A stretch of DNA of 64,000 nucleotides from Candidatus Eiseniibacteriota bacterium. GTDB lineage: Bacteria > Eisenbacteria > RBG-16-71-46 > CAIMUX01 > VGJL01. The position numbers and the translations under genes were made by a program. The notes under the pieces were generated by a model. That model did not search any database. It saw nothing but the letters and a program-made list of their open reading frames with translations, and had not been told where the DNA came from. Shown here piece by piece: positions 1 through 11,267 of this stretch; the first letter of the stretch is position 1, and each line of letters starts with the position of its first letter. The DNA lies in assembly GCA_963792585.1 (NCBI GenBank), contig CAWBWI010000001.1, positions 992,001 through 1,056,000 of the forward strand, read 5' to 3'.

Positions 1-652
1 CGGCGGGAAGGCGGAACTCAACCGTCGAATCTTCCGCAGGCTCCGTGTGCGCGGCAGTCGCTTTCACCACAAGGGCCTGCGGAGAGAGCGAAGCCTGTCC
101 GGCCTTGACGGAGATCATCACGGCGGCTGCGATAGCGAGACTGAGCGCCCCCCATCGGAGCCGGCGGGCGCCGCGCTCCGCCTTGGGTCGCCACGAGTAG
201 AGCAGCAACGCTACGGCGATCCAGAGAAATCCCGTGCCCAATCGCACGCCGTCGGCAAGACCGATTCGATCTTCCAGGGAGACCAGCGCATCGAGGAGTG
301 CGGAGGTCGATGGAATCTGTTCCGCGCCGAGAGCCTCACCGCGGGCAAGCGCGAGGTTGCTGCGGATGTCGGGATCGCGCGGCGCGCGACGCCGAGCCTG
401 CTCGAAATAGTAGACCGCCCAACCGAGTTCTCCGAGCTTGTACGACGTATTGCCGAGGTTCAGGAAGAGATCAGCCGACCCATAGCCCTCGCGAAGCGCT
501 CCCCGAAAGGATTGAAGGGCCTGCGCGTAGTCGCCCGCCTGATAGGCGCGATTGCCTCCGGCGAAGGCCGCATTCGCCGCGGCGCGGGAGCCCGCATGGG
601 TGGGACTGGCGACCCAGGTCCCAAGGCAGAGCAGGAGGATGAGCCTACGCAT
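1..652 (-). CDS. batE: BatE-like TPR + SH3 membrane protein (3' end runs off the window)
   Basis: Translated by hand from ATG at 652: signal peptide MRRLILLLCLGTWVASPTHA, TPR 'GNRAYQAGDYAQALQSF...LFLNLGNTSYKLGELGWAVYYFEQA...DIRSNLALAR', two TM segments, then an SH3-like 'HTEPAEDSTVEFRLP'. Directly follows batD. Confidence 0.8.
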   Translation of the reverse strand, partial: MRRLILLLCLGTWVASPTHAGSRAAANAAFAGGNRAYQAGDYAQALQSFRGALREGYGSADLFLNLGNTSYKLGELGWAVYYFEQARRRAPRDPDIRSNLALARGEALGAEQIPSTSALLDALVSLEDRIGLADGVRLGTGFLWIAVALLLYSWRPKAERGARRLRWGALSLAIAAAVMISVKAGQASLSPQALVVKATAAHTEPAEDSTVEFRLPA

Positions 653-2411
653 TCCGACGCTCTCCCATCCGCGCCGCGCAGTCCGCGGCGAGCCGCACCG
701 CGCCGGAGAGGTCATCGCGCGTCGAGTCGCTGCGGGGCGTGAAACGCAGGGTATCGGCACGCTCGAGCAATGCGGCCATCGATTGAGCCGCCTCGGGGTT
801 CGCGCCCGAATCCACCAGGTAAGCCGCGAGAGCGCCGCGCGTGAGGCCGCGGATTTCGCTGCCATAGCGGCCGTCCAGGAACTCCTCCACGGCGCGGACG
901 AGCGCCCCCCACGGATCCTGACGATCCGTCTCGACGCCGCGCAGCGCGCGGGTGAGTTGCCGGGGCGCATGCCGGATTCGCGCGCCGGTGGGGTCCCTCT
1001 CGATCATGAGGCGGCGCCGCCGCGCGAAGATCCCGACCGCGAGCGCGCCCACCGGCACGAGCTGCAGAATCCAGAACCCGGCCTGTCGCCAGGGGCGTTC
1101 CCCGGCCAGCGGCGCGAGCCTCGAGGAATCGCGGATCGGACGCAGCGCCCCGCCGATCCGGCCGCCGCCGGCGTCCTGCACGACCGTGGCTGCTGCGATC
1201 GAGATCCGTCGGGCCGGAATCGAAAGGGTGCGGTAGCGGCCCTCTTGCGGATCGAAGTAGGCCCATGCGAGGCTCGGAATCTCCAGACCTCCGGCCGCCT
1301 CCGGAATCAGGACCCGTGAGAAGCTCTTCGATCCGCCGACGGTTTGGATATCTTGCCTGGATCTCACGTCGCTTCCCCCGTCGATCCCGCGACACCCCGG
1401 GAGGTCCGGAAACCGGGGCCCTTCGATCGACGAGACGTTTCCGTCCCCCTCGATCGTCACGGTCCAGGTGATCGGTTGGCCTTGCGCGCCCGTCTCCCGA
1501 TCGAAACGTGCGCTCATGCTGAAGCTTCCCACCGCGCCGCCGAATCCATTGGGTTCGGGCTTGGGCAGGGGCTTGGCCCGCACCGTGCAGGGATTGGACG
1601 CTGGCTCCGCTTCCCTCTCGCGTCCTCCCATCCCGAAGAACGAGAAGGGGTCATTCGGATCGCGCCGCGAGTCGCGGTATTGCACGTGGACCCGTGCAGG
1701 ATCGATCTTGAGCTCCCCGACGCGGGTCGGGAAAAGCGCCATTCTGACCTCGCTCACCCGATAGGATGCTCCGCCCCGGCGGACGACCGACTGGGGTACC
1801 TGCGGCAGGTCGACTTTCCAGAAGCCCTCGCTTTCGGGCGCGATGAATCGGGCGTCGAGCACCGCGACGTCGGCACGCGTCAGGAAGCGGACGCTCAGAA
1901 TCGCCTGCTGGCCGACGTAGACCTCCGCGGGCTCCACGCGCATCTCGACCGCGATCGGTGGGGTCGGCCCTCGGTCTTCGACGCCGCCCGCATCGCCACG
2001 GTCCGGAGGGCTGCCGGCTGGAGGCGGCGTCGCCGCCTGGCCGGCCGTCAGGTCATAGGGACCCAGGGAATAGGAACGGCCGGAGACCTTCACGGTGACC
2101 GGCCCGATCGAGTACGCGCCGCCGCGAAGGGCGAGAATCGCATACTGCCTTTGCAGCGTCTGTGAGAAGCGCCCGTTGACGAGCGAGAAGTTGCGACTCT
2201 CGCCGCCGCTTCGCACGCGGATCCCGTCCGGAGCGTGGAAGTCTGGCTCCCCCTCGAAGGAGCCCGAACCTTCGATCGTGATCGTCAGGATGGCCGGCTC
2301 TCCCAGCGTGACGGCCGCCGGGTCGAGCGATCCGGTCACGCGAACTTCCGCCCAGGCCGTGGAACACGCGGCGAGGAATGCGGCGACGAACAGGAACGCG
2401 CGAGTTACCAA
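645..2411 (-). CDS. batD: BatD family protein
   Basis: 588 aa with signal peptide, repeated Ig-like BatD segments ('VYVGQQ', 'FGGAVGSF', 'YFDPQEGRYRTL') and a C-terminal TM; position in the bat operon. Confidence 0.85.
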   Translation of the reverse strand: MVTRAFLFVAAFLAACSTAWAEVRVTGSLDPAAVTLGEPAILTITIEGSGSFEGEPDFHAPDGIRVRSGGESRNFSLVNGRFSQTLQRQYAILALRGGAYSIGPVTVKVSGRSYSLGPYDLTAGQAATPPPAGSPPDRGDAGGVEDRGPTPPIAVEMRVEPAEVYVGQQAILSVRFLTRADVAVLDARFIAPESEGFWKVDLPQVPQSVVRRGGASYRVSEVRMALFPTRVGELKIDPARVHVQYRDSRRDPNDPFSFFGMGGREREAEPASNPCTVRAKPLPKPEPNGFGGAVGSFSMSARFDRETGAQGQPITWTVTIEGDGNVSSIEGPRFPDLPGCRGIDGGSDVRSRQDIQTVGGSKSFSRVLIPEAAGGLEIPSLAWAYFDPQEGRYRTLSIPARRISIAAATVVQDAGGGRIGGALRPIRDSSRLAPLAGERPWRQAGFWILQLVPVGALAVGIFARRRRLMIERDPTGARIRHAPRQLTRALRGVETDRQDPWGALVRAVEEFLDGRYGSEIRGLTRGALAAYLVDSGANPEAAQSMAALLERADTLRFTPRSDSTRDDLSGAVRLAADCAARMGERRNA

Positions 2412-3121
2412 TCCTTCTCCACCCGCGCGTTGCGCCCTTGTGTCCGCATGCGGTCGGCCTGCAGGTCCTTCTCCTCCTGTTTCAATCCGTCGAGAACCCG
2501 TTCCGCCTCCTTCTGGGTATAGTCCCCCGGCTCCGGAGCCGGCATCCTGGATTCATTCTCCTTTCGATCCTGCTCCGACGGCGACGGCTGCTTCTGCTCT
2601 TGCTGATTCCGAGAATCCGGCGGCTGCTGCTCCTGCTGCTTCTGAGGATCCTGTCCCTGCCGCCTGTTCGGATCCTGCTCTGGGTTCTTCCCCTGCTGTT
2701 GCTGTTGCTGCTGCTGCGCCTGCTTGAGCCGAAGCGCCAGTTCGAGATTGTACTTCGTGTCCGCCGACCCGGGCTCCGCGCGAAGCGCATCCCTGTAGGC
2801 CTCGATCGCACCATCGGTCTCGCCCCCAAGCAGACGGGCATTGCCGAGATTGTGCCCCGCACGCGCGCGCAGCGCCGGATCCTTCGATTTCATGGCCGAC
2901 TGCCAGGCGGCTTCGGCATCCTTCATCTCTTTCGAGCGGAATTGGACGTTGCCGAGGTTATAGCGCGCCTTCAGGTCGCCGGGCTCCTTCTGCAGGCGTT
3001 CCTCGTAGAGCTTCTTCGCCTTCGCGAGGTTCCCTTTCTGAAACGCCCGCTCCGCGGGACCGGCGATCGCGGGAAGCGCCAGGACCAGCCCCCCCAGGAT
3101 CCATGCCTTTCGAAGCCTCAT
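2405..3121 (-). CDS. batC: BatC-like TPR protein with Gln-rich linker
   Basis: Start MRLRKAWILGG overlaps the batB stop; TPRs 'YNLGN', 'HNLGN', 'KYNLELAL'; poly-Q region; ends in the typical 'EKDW'. Confidence 0.85.
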   Translation of the reverse strand: MRLRKAWILGGLVLALPAIAGPAERAFQKGNLAKAKKLYEERLQKEPGDLKARYNLGNVQFRSKEMKDAEAAWQSAMKSKDPALRARAGHNLGNARLLGGETDGAIEAYRDALRAEPGSADTKYNLELALRLKQAQQQQQQQQGKNPEQDPNRRQGQDPQKQQEQQPPDSRNQQEQKQPSPSEQDRKENESRMPAPEPGDYTQKEAERVLDGLKQEEKDLQADRMRTQGRNARVEKDW

Positions 3122-4119
3122 GCGACCCTCCTTCGTTCCCCCAGGGTTCCTTCGATGAGGAGGAGGAGGACGGCGAGCACGGCCAGGTAGCCGAATCGCT
3201 CCTCGTAGCGGACGCCGAGGCCCCCTTCGAGATCCTCCTGTTGCAGATCGCGGAGCGCCTGCGCGATTCGCAGGGAGGCCGCGCCCGTCTCCGCGCGGAC
3301 GTAAGAACCGCCTGTCGCCTCGCACGCACGTTTGAGCGTGGTCTCGTCAAGACGCGTGAGTACCATTTGTCCCGACCGGTCCTTCTTGAACTCCACCGAG
3401 GCCCCGGGGCGCGCCGGAAGCGGGATCGGCTCCCCCTGCGTCCGACCGATCCCTATCGCGCAGATGCGAACGCGCGCCTGTTTCGCCTCCTCGATCGCCT
3501 TCTCGAGATCTCCGTCGAAGGCCTCACCGTCACTGAGGATGATCAGGGCCCGCCCGCGACGCGGATCGTCCTGGAACGCAAGGACACCGCGGTGGATTGC
3601 ATCGGCGATGTTCGATCCGGGCTCCGGCGCGCTCGATGGGTCGAGCAAGGGAAGGAGCATCTGGATCGCCCCCCGATCGAGGGTGAGCGGGCACTGCAGG
3701 AATGCCTGTCCCGCGAAGCTGACGAGCGCAACCCGGTCCCCCTGAAGACGGTCGAGCAAGCCCAGGAGTTCCTGGCGGGCGCGCGCGCGACGGCTCGGCT
3801 CGATGTCGCGCGCCTCCATCGACAAGGAGTTGTCGACGGCGAGCACGACGTCGATCCCCCTCTGTCGCGTTTCGAGAACCCGGGAACCGTACTGGGGTCG
3901 GCTTGCCCCGATCACGAGGACGAGCACGGCGAAGACGAGGAGGATCGCCGAGGCCCGGCGACGCGGGGAACTCACCTCCGCGGCCAGGCGATCCCACGCC
4001 GAGGTGGCGATGATCCGGGACAGGTCGCGCCGCCGCCTGCGCTCCGAACCGATCAAGAAGAGGACGAGCAGCGGAATCGCCAGGAGACCCCAAAGGAGGT
4101 GAACGTCGCCGAATCGCAT
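3118..4119 (-). CDS. batB: BatB VWA-domain protein
   Basis: N-terminal TM, MIDAS 'DNSLSM', 'PLTLD' and 'LSDGE' motifs, C-terminal TM. Confidence 0.88.
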   Translation of the reverse strand: MRFGDVHLLWGLLAIPLLVLFLIGSERRRRRDLSRIIATSAWDRLAAEVSSPRRRASAILLVFAVLVLVIGASRPQYGSRVLETRQRGIDVVLAVDNSLSMEARDIEPSRRARARQELLGLLDRLQGDRVALVSFAGQAFLQCPLTLDRGAIQMLLPLLDPSSAPEPGSNIADAIHRGVLAFQDDPRRGRALIILSDGEAFDGDLEKAIEEAKQARVRICAIGIGRTQGEPIPLPARPGASVEFKKDRSGQMVLTRLDETTLKRACEATGGSYVRAETGAASLRIAQALRDLQQEDLEGGLGVRYEERFGYLAVLAVLLLLIEGTLGERRRVA

Positions 4120-4128
4120 CTTGTCCTC

Positions 4129-5115
4129 CTACGGCAGCTTTCGCAGCGGGCCAAACCGCAGCAGGGTTTCGGTCAGGAGCAGGATGAGGGCCGGCAGGAG
4201 CATGTAGGGTCCAAACTCGCTGTAGTCGACATAGCTGCGCGTCTCGACGCGGGTTTTCTCCATGGTGTCGATCTGCTTGTAGATCGCCTCCAGCGCTCCC
4301 GCGTCGGTCGCCCGGAAATAGGAGCCGCCCGTGATCGAGGCGACTTCCTTGAGCGTCTCCTCGTCCACCTGGACCGGCATCATGACGTAGCGCTTGCCCC
4401 AGATCGGGTCGTCGACCGGGTAGGGCGCGTCCTCCTGCGATCCGGCCCCGATCGTGTGTATGCGCACCCCGACCGCCTTTGCGAGACGCGCGGCCGTGAT
4501 CGGGTCGATGGTGCCCGCATTGTTCCGGCCGTCCGTGAGGAGGATCAAGACCCGGCTCGGACTCGCGGACTCGCGGAGTCGATTCACGCCCGTCGCGATG
4601 GCCATGCCCACCGCCGTACCGTCCTTGATTCCTCCGAAATCGACCTGATCGAGCATCGACGTCAGGACCGGGTAATCCGTCGTCAGCGGACATTGCGTAT
4701 ACGCGCTCGACGCGAATACGACCAGCCCGATCCGATCTCCGATGCGGCCCTGAATGAAGTCGCGCGCGACCTGCTTGGCGACGTGGAGACGGTTGTCGGG
4801 CTGGAAGTCCTCGGCGCGCATGCTCCCGGAGATGTCGAGGCCGAGGACGATGTCGATCCCCTCCGAGACGATGAGTTCCTCCCGCTCTCCGTACAGGGGT
4901 CTCGCGAGGGCCACGATCAACAGGGCGATCGTCAGCGCACGGACCGGGTGGAGGAACGCGCGGGCACGCGACCGGAGAGACCCGATGCTCGGGAGACCGT
5001 CCGCATCCGCAAAGCCGAGGTGCGGCTCGAAGCGTCCGGGCCGGCGGAGACGGAAGAACAGCCAGACGACCGGCGCGAGCAGGCCGAGCAGGACCCAGGG
5101 ATGGGCGAAGCTCAT
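4129..5115 (-). CDS. batA: BatA VWA-domain protein
   Basis: 'LARP', MIDAS 'DISGSM', 'PLTTD', 'LLTDGRNNAG', 'TGGSYFRA'. Confidence 0.9.
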   Translation of the reverse strand: MSFAHPWVLLGLLAPVVWLFFRLRRPGRFEPHLGFADADGLPSIGSLRSRARAFLHPVRALTIALLIVALARPLYGEREELIVSEGIDIVLGLDISGSMRAEDFQPDNRLHVAKQVARDFIQGRIGDRIGLVVFASSAYTQCPLTTDYPVLTSMLDQVDFGGIKDGTAVGMAIATGVNRLRESASPSRVLILLTDGRNNAGTIDPITAARLAKAVGVRIHTIGAGSQEDAPYPVDDPIWGKRYVMMPVQVDEETLKEVASITGGSYFRATDAGALEAIYKQIDTMEKTRVETRSYVDYSEFGPYMLLPALILLLTETLLRFGPLRKLP

Positions 5116-6092
5116 GCCGCCCCTCCCGTCGAGGGAGCCTCAGAGGACACCGTCGTCCCGCGCGCGAGCTGGCGGACGAGATCTCTCGAGCGCTCGAGGT
5201 AGTTCCTCGCCTCCGCCTGCAGCCGCTCCATGCGGGCATACTTGACGAGGTCCCCCTCGGCGAGCCAATCGCGCAATGCGGCGCGCTCGTTCGCCGAGGA
5301 GAGCCTTCCCCCAATCCAGTCCATCACCTCCGTCGAGGTCGATTCGAGCAGCGGGAGTCCGTGCACCCGTTCGAGGTAGAGACGAACCGCGCCGGACACC
5401 TCGTAGTAGAACTCCCTGTAGAGCCCCTGTTCAAGGATGCCCGAAGCAAGCAGCAGCGCGATCGCCCGCTCGAATTCCTCCTCCGGAGTCGGCCCGCTGA
5501 TCACCGGAGCCTCGACGGCTCGGCGACGGCGACGGCGGTCCAGGAGTCTGGCGCCGAGGAATCCGCAGGCGGCCAGAAGGAGGGCCCCACCCGCGAACCA
5601 TGGCCAGAGCGGCATGCCGGTCGACACCACGCCGCGGATGTCGCGCGCCCGCGACGGGTCGACCGGTTCTCCCGCCGCGATCGAACCGCCGATCGTCAGA
5701 CGCGGCGCGGGACAGGCCAGGCGGAGAGATTCGCCTCGCGCGTCCACCCCACGCACGCGCAGCGATTCCGGTCCCACCGCGCCCAGGCGGTAAGCGGCCA
5801 CCGTGACCTCGCGCGTCCAGCGTTCGTTCGCACCCGACGCGCTCTTGACCACCTCACCGGCCCCCAGCCTCTTCCAGCCGCCAAGACTGTCCGCATCCCC
5901 GGGAAGCTGGGGACGCGTACCCTTGGGTAGCACCGCCTCGATCCTCAGCACAACCCGGTCGCCGAGGCCCGCAGAATCGGGTGCGATCACGGCGCGCAGT
6001 CCGACCCCGTCTCCCAGGGGTTTGCCATCCGGACGGCATCCTCCCAGCAGGAGGAATGCGAGCAGGATCGAGATCCTAGTGGCCCGCCGCAC
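5112..6092 (-). CDS. Bat-operon membrane lipoprotein (DUF4381/BatD-like)
   Basis: Lipobox-like LLGGC, central TM, C-terminal 'LESTSTE...DLVKYA'; lies between DUF58 and batA. Confidence 0.65.
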   Translation of the reverse strand: MRRATRISILLAFLLLGGCRPDGKPLGDGVGLRAVIAPDSAGLGDRVVLRIEAVLPKGTRPQLPGDADSLGGWKRLGAGEVVKSASGANERWTREVTVAAYRLGAVGPESLRVRGVDARGESLRLACPAPRLTIGGSIAAGEPVDPSRARDIRGVVSTGMPLWPWFAGGALLLAACGFLGARLLDRRRRRRAVEAPVISGPTPEEEFERAIALLLASGILEQGLYREFYYEVSGAVRLYLERVHGLPLLESTSTEVMDWIGGRLSSANERAALRDWLAEGDLVKYARMERLQAEARNYLERSRDLVRQLARGTTVSSEAPSTGGAA

Positions 6093-7007
6093 GCCAGCGC
6101 TCCCTCCTCCGGAAATACCCTACCAATGGAGCGATCGTGTCGCCGTCGAGGAGGATCTCGACCGGCTGCACGCCGGCGCCGGTGAAGATCTCGTCCCGCT
6201 TGCGGCGTCGCGCGGTGACCTCCTGCTCGAAGCGCGCGCGGACTCGTGGATTCGAGGTATCCACCAGGCGTCGGCGTCCGGTCTCCAGATCGACCACTCC
6301 CAGCAGCCCGGCCCGCGGCAGGGTTTCCTCACGTGGATCGATGAGGACGACCGGCACGATCTCGTGCTTGCGCGCCGCAATCGAGAGGGCGTTCGCGTAC
6401 GCGTCGTCCTGCAGGAAGTCGGATATCAAGAAGACGAGGCTTCGCCTTCGAAGCATCCGGGTCGTCCGCTCGAGGGCCTCGCCGATTCTCGTCTCCGTTC
6501 CCACGGGATGGTGGAAGAGAACTTCGCGCACGATCCGCAGGACGTGCGAGCGCCCCTTTCGCGGGGGCACCCACTGCTCGAGGCGGTCGCTGAAGAGCAG
6601 GAGGCCCACCTTGTCCTGGTTGACGGTGGCGGAAAAGGCCAGGACTGCCGTGGTCTCGGCGGCGACCCAGGCGATGTTGCGCTGGGAAGAGCCGAATCGG
6701 CTCGAGCCGGATCGGTCGACGAGGAAGATGACGGTCCGCTCCCGCTCCTCATGGAACTGCTTGATGAAGGGGCGATCCATCCGGGCGGTCACGTTCCAGT
6801 CGATGGAGCGCACGTCGTCCCCCGGGACGTACTCGCGCACCTCCGAGAACTCGATCCCGCGCCCCTTGAAGACGGCATGGTACGAGCCGGAAAAGAGCTC
6901 CCGGACGAGTCGGCGGCTTCGGATGTCGATTCGCCGCACGCTGCGGAGGATCTCGAGTGCGGCCTCCTGCGTCTCCTCGGGAGCGGGGGCGGCCGAGGTC
7001 ACGCGCC

Positions 7008-7011
<4 letters not shown>
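6076..7011 (-). CDS. DUF58 domain protein
   Basis: 'GRGIEFSEVREYVPGDDVRSIDWNVTAR', 'EERE', 'DRSGS', 'LISDF'. Confidence 0.92.
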
Positions 7012-7994
<983 letters not shown>

Positions 7995-8058
7995 GTTCTC
8001 ACCTCCGGGTGCGGAACGCCCCTTTACCCTCTACGGTGGCGGGAGGTTCCCGGCGGAA

Positions 8059-8406
8059 TCAGCCGGGAGGCCAGTTCATGCGCCGCCCGCCCAGGACGTG
8101 CAGGTGGATGTGGAAGACACTCTGGCCGGCGCCCTCGCGACAGTTCATGACGAAGCGGTAGCCGCCATCGGACAGCCCCTGTTCAGATGCCAGGCGGCGG
8201 CCCGTCAGGACCAGCTTCGCGACCAGCCCCCCATCGGCGTCGGTCAGATCATCCAGGGTCGCGATGTGCCGCTTGGGAATCACCAGGAAGTGCACGGGGG
8301 CCTGCGGCGCGATGTCATGGAAGGCGAATGTCTCCTCGTCTTCGTGAATCCGTTTCGAGGGAATCGCCCCCGAAACGAGCTTACAGAAGAGGCAGTCCTC
8401 CGCCAT
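8059..8406 (-). CDS. Histidine triad nucleotide-binding protein (HinT)
   Basis: 'CLFCK', 'DIAPQAPVH', 'GQSVFHIHLHVLGGR...WPPG'. Confidence 0.95.
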   Translation of the reverse strand: MAEDCLFCKLVSGAIPSKRIHEDEETFAFHDIAPQAPVHFLVIPKRHIATLDDLTDADGGLVAKLVLTGRRLASEQGLSDGGYRFVMNCREGAGQSVFHIHLHVLGGRRMNWPPG

Positions 8407-8410
8407 CGAC

Positions 8411-9652
8411 CTACAGCTCCGGATAGAGCGGGAACGCGCGGGTCAGACCCCGCACGCCGTCCCGAACCTTCGACACCAGCCCTTCCTCCCCCTGAGCCTC
8501 GAGGACGTCCGCGATCCAACCGCCGATGGTGGCCATCTCCGCCTCCCCCATGCCGCGCGTGGTCAGAGCCGGCGTTCCGATCCGGACGCCGCTCGTGACG
8601 AACGGCTTCTGCTGGTCGAAGGGAACGGTGTTGCGATTGACGGTGATCCCCGCCGCCTCGAGCCACTTCTGGGCCTTGCTACCGGTCAATCCCCTGCTCG
8701 TCAGATCGAGCAGGAACAGATGGGTGTCGGTGCCGCCGCTGACCACGTCGAAGCCCCGCGCCATTACGCTCGATGCGAGCTTCTTCGCGTTCGCGACGAC
8801 CTGGCGCTGATAGGCCTTGAACTCCTCCCCCATCGCAAGCTTGAAGCAGATCGCCTTGCCCGCGATCACGTGCATCAACGGTCCCCCCTGCATCCCGGGG
8901 AAGGAGGTCTTGTCGATCACTTCCCGGTGGGATTCCTTGCAGAGGATGAAGCCGGAACGCGGTCCGCGCAGCGTCTTGTGGGTCGTCGACGTGACGATGT
9001 CCGCAAAGGGCACCGGGCTCGGGTGGACGCCGGCCGCGATGAGCCCCGCAATGTGGGCCATGTCGACCATCAGGTAGGCGCCCACGGAGTCACAGATCTC
9101 CCGGAATCGCGGAAAATCGAGGGTGCGGCTATAGGCGCTCGCCCCGGCGAGGATCAGCTTGGGCCTGTGCTCGCGGGCGAGACTGGCCAGTTCGTCGTAG
9201 TCGATCACCTTGGTCTCGCGGTGAACGCCGTAGGCGACGACCTTGAAGAAGCGCCCGGAGAAGTTGACCGGGTGTCCGTGGGTGAGGTGGCCGCCGTGGG
9301 AGAGGTTCATCCCGAGGATGGTATCGCCGGGTTCCAGAAGCGAGAAGTAGGCGGTCAGGTTCGCCGAGCTCCCGCTGTGGGGTTGCACATTGGCATGCTC
9401 GGCTCCGAACAGCTCCTTGGCCCGCTGGATCGCGAGAGTCTCGACCTGATCCACGAATTCGCACCCGCCGTAGTAACGCTTGCCCGGGTACCCTTCCGCA
9501 TACTTGTTCGTCATCACCGAACCGACCGCTTCGAGGATCGCCGGATGGGTGAAGTTCTCCGAAGCGATCATCTCGAGGGTGTCGCGCTGGCGCCTCAGCT
9601 CGAGATCGATCGCCGCAGCGACATCCGGATCCACTGCCTTAAGAAAACGCAT
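8411..9652 (-). CDS. glyA: Serine hydroxymethyltransferase
   Basis: 'ASEN', '[13 protein letters not shown]', 'GGHLTHG', PLP lysine motif '[10 protein letters not shown]'. Confidence 0.98.
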   Translation of the reverse strand: MRFLKAVDPDVAAAIDLELRRQRDTLEMIASENFTHPAILEAVGSVMTNKYAEGYPGKRYYGGCEFVDQVETLAIQRAKELFGAEHANVQPHSGSSANLTAYFSLLEPGDTILGMNLSHGGHLTHGHPVNFSGRFFKVVAYGVHRETKVIDYDELASLAREHRPKLILAGASAYSRTLDFPRFREICDSVGAYLMVDMAHIAGLIAAGVHPSPVPFADIVTSTTHKTLRGPRSGFILCKESHREVIDKTSFPGMQGGPLMHVIAGKAICFKLAMGEEFKAYQRQVVANAKKLASSVMARGFDVVSGGTDTHLFLLDLTSRGLTGSKAQKWLEAAGITVNRNTVPFDQQKPFVTSGVRIGTPALTTRGMGEAEMATIGGWIADVLEAQGEEGLVSKVRDGVRGLTRAFPLYPEL

Positions 9653-9664
9653 CCCATCCCCTCC

Positions 9665-10588
9665 CTAATTCAGTTCCGTGAGCCAGCCGTGCACATCCTT
9701 CACATCCCCGCGGATCAGCCCGAAGAAGGCGTCCTGAAGCTTGTGCGTGATCGGACCCGGTTCTCCCTTTCCAACCGGGATCTTGTCGATCGATCGGATC
9801 GGGGAAACCTCCGCGGCGGTCCCGGTGAAGAAGGCTTCATCGGCGACGTAGAGAAGTCCTCGCGGGATCCGCTGCTCCAGCACCTCGAGGCCCATCTCGC
9901 GCGCGAGGTGGATGATCGAGTCCCGGGTGATTCCAAGCAGGATGCTCGAGGACAACGGGGGCGTGAACACGATGCCGTCGCGCACCAGGAAGAAGTTCTC
10001 TCCCGACCCCTCACTGACGCAACCGTCGTTGGCCAGGGCGATCCCCTCTGCGTAACCGTTCAGGATCGCTTCCATCTTGATCAACTGGCTGTTCATGTAG
10101 TTCGAACCGCATTTCGCGATCGGCGGGAAGGTGTTCGCGCTCTGCCTGTTCCACGAAGAGACGCAAACGTCGATCCCCTTGGCGATCGCGTCGTCTCCCA
10201 GATACTTCCCCCACTTCCAGACGAGGATGGCGACGTCGGTCCGATTCTTCAGGGGGTTGACACCAACCCCGCCCATTCCTCGATAGACGACCGGCCGGAT
10301 GTAGCACTCGGTGAAGCCGTTGGCTTTGATCGTCTCGACCGCGGCCCGCTCGAGTGTCTCCAGATCGAACGGAATCTCCATCCGATAGATGCGCGCCGAA
10401 TCGAAGAGCCGGCGCATGTGCTCGTGAAGCCGGAAGATCCGGGGTCCCTTCGGCGTGTCATAGCAGCGGATCCCCTCGAAGACGCTCGATCCATAGTGGA
10501 TCACATGGGAGGCGAGGTGGATGTTCGCGCTTTCCCATGGGACCAAGGCGCCGTTCATCCAGACCTTGTCCGCCAGCTTGTCACTCAT
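9665..10588 (-). CDS. ilvE: Branched-chain amino acid aminotransferase
   Basis: 'HYGSSVFEGIR', 'YIRP', 'EGSGENFF', 'LLGITR', 'FTGTAAEV'; start at ATG 10588 after a GGGAGG SD. Confidence 0.95.
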   Translation of the reverse strand: MSDKLADKVWMNGALVPWESANIHLASHVIHYGSSVFEGIRCYDTPKGPRIFRLHEHMRRLFDSARIYRMEIPFDLETLERAAVETIKANGFTECYIRPVVYRGMGGVGVNPLKNRTDVAILVWKWGKYLGDDAIAKGIDVCVSSWNRQSANTFPPIAKCGSNYMNSQLIKMEAILNGYAEGIALANDGCVSEGSGENFFLVRDGIVFTPPLSSSILLGITRDSIIHLAREMGLEVLEQRIPRGLLYVADEAFFTGTAAEVSPIRSIDKIPVGKGEPGPITHKLQDAFFGLIRGDVKDVHGWLTELN

Positions 10589-10611
10589 CGTCCCCTCCCG
10601 GCCGTTGACCG

Positions 10612-11115
10612 TCAGGTCGCACGGTTCGTCGTTGGTTCCGTCCCCTCGGGCATCAGACTCAAGATTCGGGGCATCGCGGCCCTCAGGCAGTCCTCGATCT
10701 GCACGAACGTTTCCCTGTACGCATCGATGTCGAGACCGATCGGATCGTGCACCCCTTCCGGGTCCCCAGCGGGGTCCTCGTAGAGGGTGATGACGTGCGT
10801 CTTCGCCGCGGCCTCCGGAAATCGCGCGGCAATCCATTCCCCGTGCTCCGGCTGCATGGTGAGGATCAGGCTCGCCCGAGAAACAAGGCGTCTCGTCAGT
10901 TGCCGCGCTGCGTGCCCTCGGATATCGATCCCGCTCGCGGCGGCCACATCGACCGAGTGACTCGAGGCATGCGCGCCTTCCATGGCCGCGGTTCCGGCAG
11001 ACTCCACGATCACCCCGTGATGGGAGCCCGCATCCCGCAGGAGCTTGCGAAGGACTCCCTCCGCCAGCGGACTCCGGCAGACGTTGCCGGTGCAGACCAG
11101 GAGGACCCGGACCAT
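10612..11115 (-). CDS. Low-molecular-weight protein arginine/tyrosine phosphatase (YwlE-like)
   Basis: P-loop 'VCTGNVCRSPLAE', 'SAGT', 'DPIG'. Confidence 0.92.
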   Translation of the reverse strand: MVRVLLVCTGNVCRSPLAEGVLRKLLRDAGSHHGVIVESAGTAAMEGAHASSHSVDVAAASGIDIRGHAARQLTRRLVSRASLILTMQPEHGEWIAARFPEAAAKTHVITLYEDPAGDPEGVHDPIGLDIDAYRETFVQIEDCLRAAMPRILSLMPEGTEPTTNRAT

Positions 11116-11202
11116 CGAACCCCTCTCACATCGGACACCAAAGGGAGGCCACGCAGCCGGTTGGAAGACGATGGGGATCGCCCGCGGAGACCCCTTCCGG
11201 CC

Positions 11203-11232
11203 AGTTTAGGAAGCCCTTCGATGGTGGGTCAA
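11203..11232 (-). promoter_or_regulatory. Putative sigma70 promoter for the phosphatase-ilvE-glyA unit
   Basis: TTGACC-N18-TAAACT on the minus strand. Confidence 0.5.
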
Positions 11233-11267
11233 GCGGTCATCGCGACCAGGGACGCGTCCCGCCTCGG

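Noticed and set aside
2585..2725. CAG/CAA-rich tandem repeats
   Set aside because: They encode the normal Gln-rich linker of BatC; this is not a CRISPR array or VNTR system.
3103..5202. Long antisense or alternate-frame ORFs (this 699-aa ORF; also 8720-10783, 13252-15738, 42201-44468, 46458-48437)
   Set aside because: They are shadow ORFs of well-supported genes in high-GC DNA and carry no motifs.
11116..11200. ZTP or glycine riboswitch upstream of the glyA-containing unit
   Set aside because: The conserved core sequences of these riboswitch classes are absent.
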